Positions 43,431 to 56,509 of a stretch of 64,000 nucleotides of DNA are shown here, piece after piece. Below the pieces are notes generated by a model that worked only from the letters and a program-made list of their open reading frames with translations, was not told the origin of the DNA and did not search any database. The DNA is taken from NCBI RefSeq assembly GCF_964355755.1, contig NC_092674.1, positions 6,820,001 through 6,884,000 on the forward strand, written 5' to 3'. The DNA comes from Antedon mediterranea. Lineage: Eukaryota > Animalia > Echinodermata. A program made the translations under genes and the position numbers. How positions within the stretch are numbered: position 1 is the first letter of the stretch; every line of letters begins with the position of its first letter.

Positions 43431-46400
43431 AATGTGCTGTCTGTTTATAATTCAGGTTTTTTTTAAAAAATATGTTTTGCTATCCATTTTAAACGTGCTA
43501 AACAAGTTACATATTTGTTGATATAAATTTGCGGTACACCACGTAGGCCTAGTTCTGAAAAGAACTGTTGAGTTGCTTGACGTTTCGATTTAGGCCTACT
43601 CCAAAGTCAAAGTCTCCAAAGCTATTCCATCATGTCGTATTCGGGGAATCGCCAACAAGTGTTTTCTCAGAGAAGGGTATGTTCTGTATGGGGTTCTGTA
43701 TGCTATTTGTTAATAATGTACAAAAAATGAAATGAAAAATCATATTAATTATCGGTATGTACGGAGGAAGCTCGAACAAGACGAAGCGCGAAACAAATAA
43801 AAGCGCAGCGCGAAACATCTGAAATGATATACAATTTCTAAAAACATGAAAACACAGAATATATTATATTAATATAACTTTTTAATATTTCCAAAGGCTC
43901 GGACAAGGAAGAAGGGCCTTAAAAAACTGAATTGCTATATGTTAGACCACATTTCCATAACTTTTCAAAACTCATCGAACCCTCTGCTAGTAGGCCTAAT
44001 TAATATAGGAGCGTATCGCCAAATCATTAGAGAAAAAAAAAACATGGCATAAAGATGTAATTAATCAACCAACGGCCAAAGAATACCAACAATTTTAATT
44101 TAGGTTTCGATTCGTAATTACTAATGTGGTGGACTAAGCCTAGTTTGAAACTATAGTGACCATTTATTTTAGAAAGAAAGAAAGACAAATTTGTTTCCAT
44201 CTCCATGTTATTGTTAATACCAAGGCACTTTTCAATTAAAAATTCTGGCCTAGTATTCTTGCAAGGTCGTCACAGCTCCAGTTACAAAGGTCGTCACAGC
44301 TCCAGTTACAAACGGTGATACAAAGTGTCAATCATTTGACAAGTGAACAGCCCACTGGTAGGATAGTCCTTGAAACCGTCCGTAAAACACATTAATCACT
44401 CACATCAGTCATGCCGCTAATGGTTGAAAACCTCACTTTTTGGGGTTTTCAAACGTAACGCTATCCGGGGCTCCTGCGCCTAATGAACATACAAGTTTTA
44501 AAAAACATTTTTATTTCAGATTTTACTGAGAAGAGATAAATTTTATACTTTTTTCACATCCTGAAGAATTTATACTTTACATTATTTCCAATATATTATA
44601 AAATGTCTGTAAGATAGAGATGGGACATAAATTAAAATATTTGAAATACTTTTTACAAACATGTATATTTAAGCCACGCTGTTATGCGATCATTGATAAT
44701 GTTTGCCCACTTAATACTGTAATATGTTTATAATAATGATGATAAATGTAGGTAATATGGCTAAAGCATTTTAAATCTACAATTATATTATGATGATAAT
44801 TCCAGATATACACGAAATGCTAATGGCTGCAGTATGGCATTACCAAGTTTGGTGGTCATTTGTCTGTGTTTATACCGATTTATTGCTTGGAGAAACTTGA
44901 CAGTATTCTAAATTTCAACTGCGGTAGTTTATTGATGTTTTATAGTCGAGTTTGAAGAATGCGCCGTTACTTCTTTTAATGCCGGTAAAACATGTTTCCA
45001 TTAGATCAAAATTTGAAATGATCATCGTAATTATTAATAAACATAAAAAATAAACAGATCTTTTTTTTGCCAATACAGAGTAGTTGACCCAACATTTTTA
45101 TAATCTTTTGCCTTCTTGTAGCTAAAGTACAACCCTGTAATATATTCTGCCTACATCCATGAGATTAGAATTTGAAATTATCATCATTAATAAACTTTTA
45201 CAATGAAAAAAATTAACAGATCTTTTTTTGCCAATTGAACAAATACAATAATTGACCCAACATTTTGGTGCTTTTTTTGTCTTCAACAGTAGTAGTAGGT
45301 ACAACTACACAGTACAACTCAGTGCATTCTTCTTCCTTCATTTATTTATTTATTTATTTATTCTTTCTTTTGACTGGATTGCATTTTCAGTAACGCAGTA
45401 CTGCTTTCCAAAATGGTTCAGTTACAAGTTTAACAGTAAATAAAAATTATAACATACATACACAGTAGGCCTAATTTAAAAGATATATACAGAACAGTTA
45501 AAAAAAAATTAAAAAAAAAAAAAAATGTAGGATCACTTGGATGACATAAGAGTTGCTATATTTTTGAGTTTATAAATAAAATAGATCTCAATATATTTAT
45601 ATATTTAAACTTTAAGTGGGTGTGAAGTCCAAACTCATGCTTTCTAGGTAAAACTACCAAATTAGTAAGATTTCTGTATTACTATTATTAATAAATGTTT
45701 ATCTAAAATTTTTTTTGGTTTAATAATGGTTTTACAGCACTGTACAATGTAATTATTAGGTGTAAACTACATGTAGTACTGTAGTGGGCCTAAAAACTGG
45801 TGTGCTAGGTACGGTAATTTATCACTTTCCATAGATGAAAGAAAGGGCAGAACTTACATATACTGTAGCTCAAACTGTTTTTTTATCCAATATTTTAAAG
45901 TAGAACCCCTCCTTTGGATGTGAATATGAATGAATATGGCGTGCGAGTTGGTAGGCCATATTCCGGAGGTTTTTTCTTAAAACTTAATTTGTTTATTTCT
46001 TGAGTTTTATGAGGTATGTAAAGCTAATTTTTGGTGTGTTGGTTTATTTACATTAGACAGATTCATACACACTTATTTATTTAATTTGTCAAAATCGTTT
46101 CATATCATCTTTAAGGGAACACTTTGGGTCCTGATGATGTTCCCTTGATAGAAAAAATCAAGCTGGGTTTACTTTCAGTAGAGCATCTCTCTAAACTTCA
46201 GGTTCACAAACTTTTCAGAGCTAATGATGCATATGAATATTAAAAATGAAATTATAAATATTAGCTTATGGCTAATTGATACTGTAAAAGGTACAGTCTG
46301 TCTTGTCAAATTATTATAAATAAGTCGGGCTATATTAATATTATTGTCATATTATGAATAATACTGCAATGTTTCCAAACCAAATAATTTAGAATATTGC

Positions 46401-47039
46401 AGTACTGTAATTACCAAATAATAATGAATACAGCAGTAATCTGAAAAATATAAGTCTATATCGTGCCTAGCTTACCTGTATAAACCGACAATAGCCCGTG
46501 CTCTCCAGAGGGAGGGCTTAGATACGAAAGTGAAAAGTTCCTAGAACACCCCTGCATTATAATGGACCCGTCCGCAACCACACCCTCATGTGGGAACGTA
46601 CCAACGTACCACCGTCATCATTTTCTTTCGTAACGTGAGAGCGTTACGTCGTATGATACCAAGTGTTAGGATTGTACACTGTACATACTATACAAAGAGT
46701 TCTATTACGCTGATTACTAGTTGACTTGGCCAGGATATTGAGTGTATTCCCACGGCCTGTTGCAGTACCAGCAGTTGATATTGTTCATATATCGTTGATC
46801 CGTTTTAAGTCGGGGTCTTCCTTAGATATAAGGAAGATTAAAAAGGAGAAAACAACACCCACTTCGTTGGATTTTAGGCCGGAACGGCCACACTACCGGA
46901 AGACAAAGGAAAAGCAATTTGCATTGCCACCTGGACTGCCTCAGCTGAGGCGTGGACGCACTGTTGCGTGAAACAACAACAAAGCCGTCGTCAGGTTGTA
47001 TTGTTCTTTATCTTGCTAGGTTGCGTTCTGTGCCCGGAT

Positions 47040-48454
47040 ATGCCTAAGTCTGAATGTTGGCAATGCAGGGGCCAGCGTGCGACAGTCAAGTGGGACCGCC
47101 ACTTGCTGTGCATTCACTGCCGCACCTGTAGCCAGGAGTCGCCGTGCGACGTTTTTTTTTTGTACGTTGGTTCCGGACGTCCGTTGGGGCGTGCGCGGGT
47201 GGTAGACCCCGCACCCGTGGAGGTTCAGGTGGAGCCCCCGGCCCCGCTAGTAGAAGAGACCGCGCGCTTGCAACGGCCGCTGCGCCTCCACCGCAGAGTG
47301 GTACGCAGGACGATGGTTTGTTCCCACCCGTACTGGAGGCCATCGCAGCAGCGGTGCGAGCTCTACCGAGGGAGGTTGTGCCCTCGGCATCCTCGCCTAA
47401 TTATCCTCCTGTGCCAGTTCTGCCTCCGCAGTACTTTCAAGGTCGAGGGACGCACCCATCGCCGGATGTCGGTGGGTACGACAGTGACAGGACCATGACC
47501 TCGCTGCCTAGTGAGGATCGCTCCGAGGTTGCACAGGGTGGAGACGGTTTGCAGGCTCTTGTCAATCGTGTGGTTCCTGCTGTACTTTCGTACATTTGAG
47601 TAGAGTACGCCTATGACGCGCCGACGCCCGCGCCGGCTTCGAAGAGGTACTCTACCTTTGGAGTGCGTGCTCCATTGAAGCGGGTCACGACTTGTCCAGT
47701 TGCGCCGCTGGATCCCGAACTTGTCGCTAGGGTAGAGGCTATAGCGAAGGAGCCTAAAACCCGTAGAGCTGCATCTCAAGATCTCGCAGCAGCCTTCCCG
47801 CTTCCGCAGGACCAGTTTCTAACGCTATATATCGGCACCACCGATCCCGGATGCAGCGAAAGAAGCGTGCGCGCGAGGATCAAGGTCTCGACGCCAACGG
47901 CAGATTTCTGTCTCCTTCGGCCGCCAGAACTGAGGAGGCGCTAATCGCGGTCGACCGTGGCGCACGCGAGACGTTACGAACGGTCTCGATGTCGGGCTAC
48001 CTTCTGTCATTCCTCGCGGATCCGGACCATCCACGGCACCTTGACGCGGACGTGATCTGCTTGCTTCAGCAGTTTACGGGCCTGGTCGCGGACCAACAAG
48101 TGACAATTTCAATGACCTCGGCCGCCGTGCGGAGGGTCAATTGACCGCTTCACAACTAGCGAGTCGTTCGGTGCTGTGGATCTCTTCTACGGTAATTTCG
48201 CCGAGAAGAAAAATAAGTGGGCTCGCGAGCGAGAGGCACGTCGCGAGACGAGATCACGCAAAACGCCTCCAGCCCCACTGCCGGTGGTGCCATCGATCTC
48301 ACAACCGCCGCCGTCGGTCCGTAATCAGTCTGAGGTTGGGCAGACTCCTGGGCCGTCGCGACCCCGTAATTCCCGCCCCGCGCGTGGCGGTAAGCCGGGT
48401 AGGGGAGCACGTCGGGACCGCGGTTCGCGACGTGGTGACCGCAGGTGCCGGTAA
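47040..48454 (+). pseudogene. DIRS gag-like ORF (frameshifted)
   Basis: N-terminal Cys/His finger CWQC...DRHLLCIHCRTCSQESPC, Pro/Arg-rich C-terminus, position before RT. Confidence 0.65.
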
Positions 48455-48479
48455 CGTGCAGGCGAGGTCCGTGCCGTCC

Positions 48480-50370
48480 GGGGCCGGACCAGTGGGAGGT
48501 CGTCTCCTACGGTTCGTCCGAGAGTGGGAGTAGCTGATGGTAGACAGCTGGATTTTCTCCACACTTAGCTACGGCTACCGCATAGAATTTACGAGCCCTC
48601 CAGTGTGTGGAGGTCCTCGTCCGACCACAATCCCCAAAGATCCAATAAAGCAACGAGTGCTTATGAACGGGATTGCCGCGCTGCTCCAAAAAGGAGCCGT
48701 AGTAAGGGTCGAAGAACATCATGCGGGCTCGGGCCACGAATCAACCGTATTCTTAACCAAGAAGTCCTCGGGGGACTGGCGACCAATTATAAATCTAAGA
48801 CGTCTGAACAAACGATTTATTCGGCCCCGCAGGTTTCGGATGGAGACAGTCTCATCGATCCTGTTAGGGCTAAGACGAGGAGACTGGGCCGCATCGACAG
48901 ATTTAAAAGATGTGTACTTTCACGTACCAATCGCAAAAGAAGACCAACGTTGGTTGCGGTTTCGAATCAACAATTGTCTTCACCAGTTCGTCGCGATGTC
49001 GTTCGGCCTATCAACGGCTCCGCGCGTGTTCACGCGCACAGTTCGAGCGCTCGGTGCGTTCTTTCACAAGCACGGCATTCGCATATTCATGTATCTAGAC
49101 GACTGGTTAATCGTGGCTCAGTCCAAGGACCGGCTGGTGAGCAGTCTCAATTGCGTCCTCGTAACGGAACGCGTAGGGTTCATAGTGAACCGGGAAAAGT
49201 CGTGCCTGGTGCCGACTCAGCATCCCATGTATCTCGGAGCGCAGATAGATCTCGTGTCGGGCAGAGTGTGCCCCTCACAGAAACGAGTAACCTAAGCCCT
49301 TGCTGCTATACAAGGCCTGATTACCGCTTCCGCTCCGACAGCATACGACTGGCTGAGAACGCTAGGTTTCCTAGCCAGCTTTGTAGTTCTAGTTCCGTTT
49401 TGTCGGCTACGGATGCAGCCGCTGTAGTTCATCTGTTAGCCTTCTACCGGCCAGGTTCAGACTCATTAGACAAGTGGTCCCGATGTCGGCGTTCATTGTA
49501 ACGCACCTCCAATGGTGGCTAACGGACGGCCGATTGTTAGTGGGCAGATCAATTCAGAGATCAATTCCGGACACCCGAATAGAAACGGACGCGTCCGAAG
49601 CGGGTTGGGGCGGTTGCTCCAACCAGAGTCACGTCTCCGGCGTTTGGAGTGCCGAGGAGGCGTTAGCCCACATCAATCTCTTAGAACTTTGGGCAGTAGA
49701 CCGAACGTTGAAAGCGCTACTTCCAAACATAAAAAAATTCACACGTCCATGTCTGCTCGGACAACACAACCGTGGTCGCGTACATCAACCGACAAGGAGG
49801 CACGGAGTCTCCGACTCTTTGCTACCACACATGGACGCTCATGCACTGGTGCATCGCGCACAGAATAACGCTGACTGCATCGCATATTCCGGGCAGCCAG
49901 AATGAGTCGCGGACACGCTGTCCCGACTCGCTTTACGCCCGACCGAATGGCGTCTGTTGCCGAGCATAGCCACTCAAATATTCGACCACTTCGGACGGCC
50001 GCACATGGATAGACCTGTTTGCGACGTCAGAGAACACGCAGCTCCCGACATTCTGCAGTCGATTCCGGGATGCACGTGCGTGGGCGGTGGATGCCCTGTC
50101 CATGTCATGGGACGGTTTATGGGCGTACGCGTTCCCGCCGATATCGATCATACCAATAGTTCTGACTCACATTCAGCGCTTCCGATGCCGAGTTCTGTTG
50201 ATCGCACCGTTCTGGCCTCGTCAAGCGTGGTATCCGCTTCTTGCCAGTCTTCTTTACGATCACCCGCTGCGTCTTCCGGTCCGCGCGGATCTACTGACGC
50301 AAAATCGTGCGAGGTTCTCGACGATCAACCTACAATCCCTGAACCTGACTGTTTGGCCATGGTCAGGGAT
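48480..50370 (+). pseudogene. DIRS pol: reverse transcriptase, RNase H and methyltransferase-like domain (stop and frameshifts)
   Basis: PVGGRL, WRPIINLRRLN, DLKDVYFHVPI, FGLSTAPRVF, YLDDWL; ETDASEAGWGG, HINLLELWAV, VAYINRQGGT; DLFATSEN and DALSMSWDGLWAYAFPP. Confidence 0.9.
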
Positions 50371-51295
50371 CAGCTCAGAGACTCGGGCATATCATCTGGA
50401 AGAGAGTCGACTCTCACTGTCTACAACAGCCGTCTACGACACTTCTTTCGCTGGTGCGGACAAGATAACATAGACCATAAGGCGATATCCTTGGGTCAGA
50501 TCTGCGCTTTTCTGCATTACCTGTACGAATCAGGCTTGCAAGTGCGCACGGTGTCAGGCTACCGGTCAGCGATTGCGGCCATTACGCCGCCATTCAAGGA
50601 TGGCTCGACGGTTTTCAACTTCCGCAGTAATCACGCAGTTGTTACGCGGTATGTTCAGAGAGCGACCTCCGTCTAAGGTCTTAGTTCCACGTTGGGACGT
50701 TAACGTCATTCTATCCGCACTCACTCGCCCGCCATTTGAGCCAATGAGCAAGGCTTCATTATATAATCTCTCGCTTAAGACAGCGTTTCTGGTGGCGTTG
50801 TCCTCATGTAAACGCTGAGGCGAGCTACATGCGCTCACGCTAGAGCCAGGCCATATACGATTTGAGCATGGTGGAGTCCGGTTATTATTCAGGAAGGACT
50901 TTCTGGCCAAGTCCCAGACGTTAAATTTTTCGCCGGCTGTGTTCGTTCCATCAATGTCCGCATTCTCGGGGGTAGTAGAGGACACATCCTGGTGCCCGGT
51001 AAGAGCACTCAAATTCTACATCCACCGTACAGAGACGTTGCGAGAGGGTATATCTCACTTATTCGTCACATCGGTGCCCCCGTATCGGCCGGCCGCAAAA
51101 TCCACGATTGCAACTGGGTCGTGGCAGCGACTCGGGCCGCTTATGAATCGTCCAGCACTTCGCGTTGTACGCTGGCGGTTCTATATCAGACATTATGACA
51201 GCGGCATGGTGGCGGACACAGTCTACGTTTACTGAGCATTATTTAAGGGACATTTCTGCAACCATGGCGCCAGTAGCAGCAGCGGTGCTAAAGCC
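50330..51295 (+). pseudogene. DIRS tyrosine recombinase (frameshifted, HxxR region apparently deleted)
   Basis: STLTVY...TVSGYRSAI, VPRWDVNVIL, LSLKTAFLVALSSCKR, CPVRALKFYI, STFTEHYLRD. Confidence 0.85.
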
Positions 51296-51832
51296 TAGGT
51301 TATAGGTATGTACACCTCACTTGCTCTGCTCTTTGTTAACTTACTCCCACCGCCGACTAGTTCTAGTCCGGTGCTAATCTGGCTATTGTCGGTTTATACA
51401 GGTAAGCTAGGCACGATATAGACTACACAAACCAGTAGTGGTGTTAGTAGTCTATGAGTGCTAGCTTACCTGTATAAACTCCCTCCCGCCGTCCCCGCAG
51501 TCAAGTACGCGGAAAATGATGACGGTGGTACGTTGGTACGTTCCCACATGAGGGTGTGGTTGCGGACGGGTCCATTATAATGCAGGGGTGTTCTAGGAAC
51601 TTTTCACTTTCGTATCTAAGCCCTCCCTCTGGAGAGCACGGGCTATTGTCGGTTTATACAGGTAAGCTAGCACTCATAGACTACTAACACCACTACTGGT
51701 TTGTGTAATACTGCATTTATAGTCAAATTATCATGAATACTGTAGCATTGTCAAATTTATTTTGAGTTTTTTTTTGTTAATATTATGTTAAAAATTCTGC
51801 TATGATTAATTAATTAATTCCAATTAGTATGT

Positions 51833-54635
51833 GAGTCAAAATATGCTAAGGTGTTACATAAAATGCCATTTTAATTTGTATTTATAAAAAATATTATATA
51901 CTATACACTAATATGTGTAGGGAATTAATAGATAGTTTAACATGCAACGGTATAACTTACACAGTTTCATTTCACTTCACCCACTATTTTTTTTTTAAAT
52001 TTCAAATATGTTGTGATAATGGCCTATTCTCACACCATGAATTTGTAACATTTTGAGTGTCACTTCATAATCCAATTTATATTTGATAATTGTGAAGTAT
52101 AATAAAAAATATTGATTGGGATATTGGAAGTACATATATAAACAATAAATAAAATCAATATATTGACACCACAATATTTTATTTTTGTATAATAAATTAA
52201 TATCTTTGCTTGTGCTGACGTGCGTTACTGTGTCCGTCAACAATCAAGTTTGACTAGGCCTAGGCTGGGTTAGGCCTAGAACAACGGCAATACGAAAACC
52301 AAAATGTTAAACAATTCAAGGATATGTTTACTCTATATAATGCATCGGATTTTAAATGTAATGTAATTTAATTGTATATAAATCCTGATTTTAAAAAAAT
52401 GTCACCATTGTCTGTCAAAAACTAACGCACGCAATGTTTTCCTGTAATTACGGCCGAGAATGAGCAAACAGACGATACTACATGGCAGCCTACAAATATA
52501 GCTCCCGCGATGGCTTCCCGCTGCAAAAATTCTTCACAGAATGTAAACTTGCGTTGCTAAACAACGAAAACTAGTTTCTGTCAAAAATATAACGCACGCA
52601 AGATATAACGCACGTAAGTACTTAAGATTATTAGAAATCATAAATAAATACATTTAGAACATAAATACATAGTTTAGGCTTTATATATTTAATTCTAGTG
52701 GTATTTTAGGCCTAATAATTACCTTGGTACGGCTATTAGGGCGAACTGTCTCGAGCGACAGCGATAGGCACACGCCTAGGCTAATTTCCTCAGTGTTTTG
52801 ACTGACCTTTCTAAATCGTGCGTTATATTTGACAGATATTTCTTCCGTGCGTTAGGCCTTGACATATTTATTGGTTAGATTTTAGTTAATTTTAATATCA
52901 TGGAATGTTCTTTTCAAGTTTTAATACATGTATTCCTAGGTTTTATAACTATACTTCAAACAAGTAGCAATCGCTGGTATTCCGTCTCAGGAGGAGGAGC
53001 GATGGCGAACACGTGCGTTATATTTGACGGACGGCGGCCGTGTATATAAGGATTTGGCAGATCGTGTATTTCATTTCAATTACAAATAGCGTATTTTAAT
53101 AGCTTAAATTATACTTCATAAAAAAAAATATTTAATGGAATTAAACAATTTAGTTTCATTTTGTGTGTTGATGATTAGCATGGTAAAATAATTTTGAAGT
53201 ATAACATTTAGTCCAATATAATTATAAATAAATAGATACTATAAATATTAATACCTATAATAAAAATATAGTTAAGTAACTAACAGGCTATTTAATTAGT
53301 ATTAACTTAATAATAATTAAGTATACTAAATTAAAACAAATAGAAATAAAACAAATTAAAATATAAAAGAATAAATCAAATGTACTAACAATTAACATAA
53401 ATAAAAATATTTAAAGAAATATTAAATAAATAAAACATATAGATTTACTAATATAATAAATAAAAATATTAATAAAATAAATACAAAATTAATATTTTTT
53501 TCTGTACTTGCTGTATTTTCAGAATGGTTTTAAAAATAAAAGTAAAAATGGAAGAGATAATAAAGATAACCCCGAAAACTAATTCAAAATTGTATAGAGA
53601 AAGATTAAAAAAAGATTCAGAAGAGTGGAAACGTTTTCAAGAAAATCAATTAACACAATAATTATTCTATTTATGCATCATGCACGTTTTCATGTTGACT
53701 GTATAATAATTAGGCAATTAAGATAATTGTTTCAGATTGATTTTAATTTAAATATTTCAAACCATTTTGATGACATGTTTAGTTGTGTTTTTATACCTGA
53801 AAGTATTGTATACCGGTAGTTGAATTTGCCAAGTGAAAATTACTGTATGTCGGAGATTACATAACGGTATTTGGATTTTATTAAATACTTTCCAAAATTT
53901 TGTTTTGCCTTAAAATATTGGTAATTTTTAATAAATAGCCAACCTTCACACCTAAAGTGTACTCTTATCATTTTTTTTCTCAAACTACATGCCCAATAGT
54001 GTTTTCCAGACAACACACACACCCACACCCACAGCTTCGTCTGTCAAACTAACACACGCAAGCGTAGTGTCTGTCAAACTAACACACGCAAGTACACCTC
54101 AAATAATGTCATTATTTTCAAAGATATGCCATTTGATATTATTTTTCCTCATAAAACATTTTGCCATTATGACTTTCTGCCATTCTATCAAGAATAGTTA
54201 ATAACCAAAGGATTTACATTGATTAAATTACAATTAAAACGGCATAATAAATTTTCACCAATTGCATGCTAATTTTTTAAAGACAAAAACACTTTTATGT
54301 GATTATTGAGAATTTTTTTTTCCGCATTTATACTTTGAAATGTAGTATATTAAACATAATTAAATAAATTATAAGACATAGTTATGATAATTTTATTATT
54401 TGTTCAAGAAAAACAACAAAATTTTGTCCGTCAAAACTAACACACGCAATTGCTACACCAATGAAATTAAAATACATTTTTTGAAGTTCATGTTCAGTGA
54501 CTTATCTTTTTTTTAGTATTGCCTGAAAGATATGTTTTTACTCAACAATTTCAGGTTATAAAAAAAAAAAAAGGTTAAAGATGAAAAATTGACCTCTGTG
54601 TTACAGTTTTATAACACTTTAGCATATTTTGAGTC
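51833..54635. mobile_element. Sola2-like non-autonomous DNA transposon
   Basis: GAGTCAAAATATGCTAAGGTGTTA / TAACACTTTAGCATATTTTGAGTC with 4-bp TSD ATGT; internal TGTCAAA..TAACGCACGCA motifs on both strands. Confidence 0.65.
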
Positions 54636-55469
54636 ATGTATTACTGGTAGTTAGTACTTTGAAGCGTGGTGGTAGAAAGGTTGTCATTAAAAGACCTCTG
54701 CACTGTTTGAGTGCCATGTACAGTAACTCATACTGTAGCCTACACTGTCATATTTGGAAAACATTGAATAATTAGGACTACTATAAGTGGATGGCTCCAC
54801 GATAATGAGGCGTCAGAAAAAGAAGCTTTTTTGGGTTTCCATCGGTAATGTAAGTTGGTTTTATTTGATTTTTTTTGCACAGAAAGGAGTTTACTATCAC
54901 TATAGTATTACAACCATGTAAAGCTTTAGTACAGCTTCTTTTAAAATGTCACCTCAATGAAATGTCCCAGCAAATAGATTTATAACATTATAACAGCACG
55001 CCATGAATAGTGAGCATGAAAGTTTTAGTCTAGTCTCTGGGTATAAAATTTGAAGAAAATTTGGGGTTGGGATTAAACTTGTAAAGCATTATAAATTAAG
55101 TCTATATTAAACGTACTGTATTTCATTTTAACATTTCATTAAAAAAACAAAACAATAATTGTGGCCAGATTGGGTTTTACTTTTACATGCTGAGAAAAAC
55201 ACTGAATTTACATAGCAAATTACATGGAAACACAAAATTATATTTAGTAATGCGTCTGTTTTTACCCTAAGTTTGAAGGTGAAATTATAATACGGTACTT
55301 GAGCATGGGATTATACTTGAGTCATATACGGTATATATTTTTTGTCTTTAATATATAATGATGAACTGTTGTTTGTAGACATATTTTTAATTTCTTCAAA
55401 AAATCTAGGTTGTTCTATAGTAATGATTTAAAATAGCATGCAAAATTCCTGGAGAGATAAACTTTGAGT

Positions 55470-55617
55470 TACACTATCAAACTTTATGTAATAAAATGTG
55501 ATGTGCCCATATATGGATGATGTTATATCACTACCATACAGTATTTAGGCATATCACCACCATATTTGGGCACACATCACTTTTTTTGTTAAACTAGTTT
55601 GATAGTGTAGACAGAGA
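55470..55617. mobile_element. MITE family A copy
   Basis: Core and right TIR match. Confidence 0.8.
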
Positions 55618-56064
55618 ATCTGGTTTTAAACATCAGCAATAGAACTTGTATTGTTTTTAGCATCATGGTAATCTATGTGTATATGCTAAGCGGCATTGTT
55701 GGTATAATTACGTCGTTGATAATGATCACCGTTCTTATCGTGGTTTAATGCACGTACCATGCTGATTTCCCTCGAGACGTAGTATTCAACAACTTGTCTA
55801 CGCTATCGCACAAACCGTAACTCTAATTTGTATCAGCACTGCGCTTGCTCATATAAGGTCAATATCGTCCAATTATGCCACACATAATGCGTTAGAGAAT
55901 ATTACAGCAGTTTTTAGGATTTTAACTTTCCGCTTAAAAAAATTAGACAAAGCTAATTTTATACCTGTTTATGCTGTACTTTATAAATTCATTGCAAATC
56001 ATTAAAAGAAACAATTGCTTGATAATTGAATAAAAGTATCTATATTGTAATAGTAATCTTACTC

Positions 56065-56350
56065 ACACTGAGGAAGGGTTGCCCAAAAGCTCTGCAACTT
56101 CTTTCTGGTTTACTTTACTGTTGGATTTAGCTTTTTACTTATTTTATTTGCTTAACTTTACTGTTTATATTAATAGATGTTTGCTTAATCTATTTGTATC
56201 TCCATTGAGATCCAGCCACTGATACCCACAGCATTGTCATTTTGTATCTCCATTGAGATCCAGCCACTGATACCCACAGCATTGTCATTTTTTCAGTGCT
56301 TATTTTATTTGTATGTCCAGCCACTGATACCCACCGCATTGTCATTTTCC
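56065..56350 (+). repeat. Penelope-like end fragment with tandem GATCCAGCCACTGATACCCACAGCATTGTCATTT units
   Basis: Three units; related to 36135-36285. Confidence 0.6.
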
Positions 56351-56509
56351 CATTAATTTGCCTTTTATGTTACACTAGTAGTAGTAACAAAAACATGTTG
56401 CGTACTGTACCATTCTCCAGTGTTTAATAGGCTACCGAACATTGTTAAAACATGGCCATTTGTATTTTAGACCAGTTTGAGCTATATTCGGACCATCAAA
56501 ATGAAGACA

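Larger units (their letters stand above)
40570..44485. mobile_element. 3.9-kb non-autonomous TIR element enclosing a satellite
   Basis: Perfect 32-bp inverted repeat CATTAGGCGCAGGAGCCCCGGATAGCGTTACG at 40570-40601 and 44454-44485. Confidence 0.75.
46453..51707 (+). mobile_element. DIRS1-like tyrosine-recombinase retrotransposon, full-length structure, ORFs disrupted
   Basis: Identical 159-bp inverted terminal repeats (46467-46625 / 51512-51670), internal complementary region 51381-51479 complementary to both outer ends, gag-RT-RNaseH-MT-YR order. Confidence 0.95.

Noticed and set aside
46115-46201. Possible host exon (AG...GGAACACTTTGGGTCCTGATG...CAG|GT)
   Set aside because: No recognisable protein similarity and no partner exons; cannot be supported without RNA data
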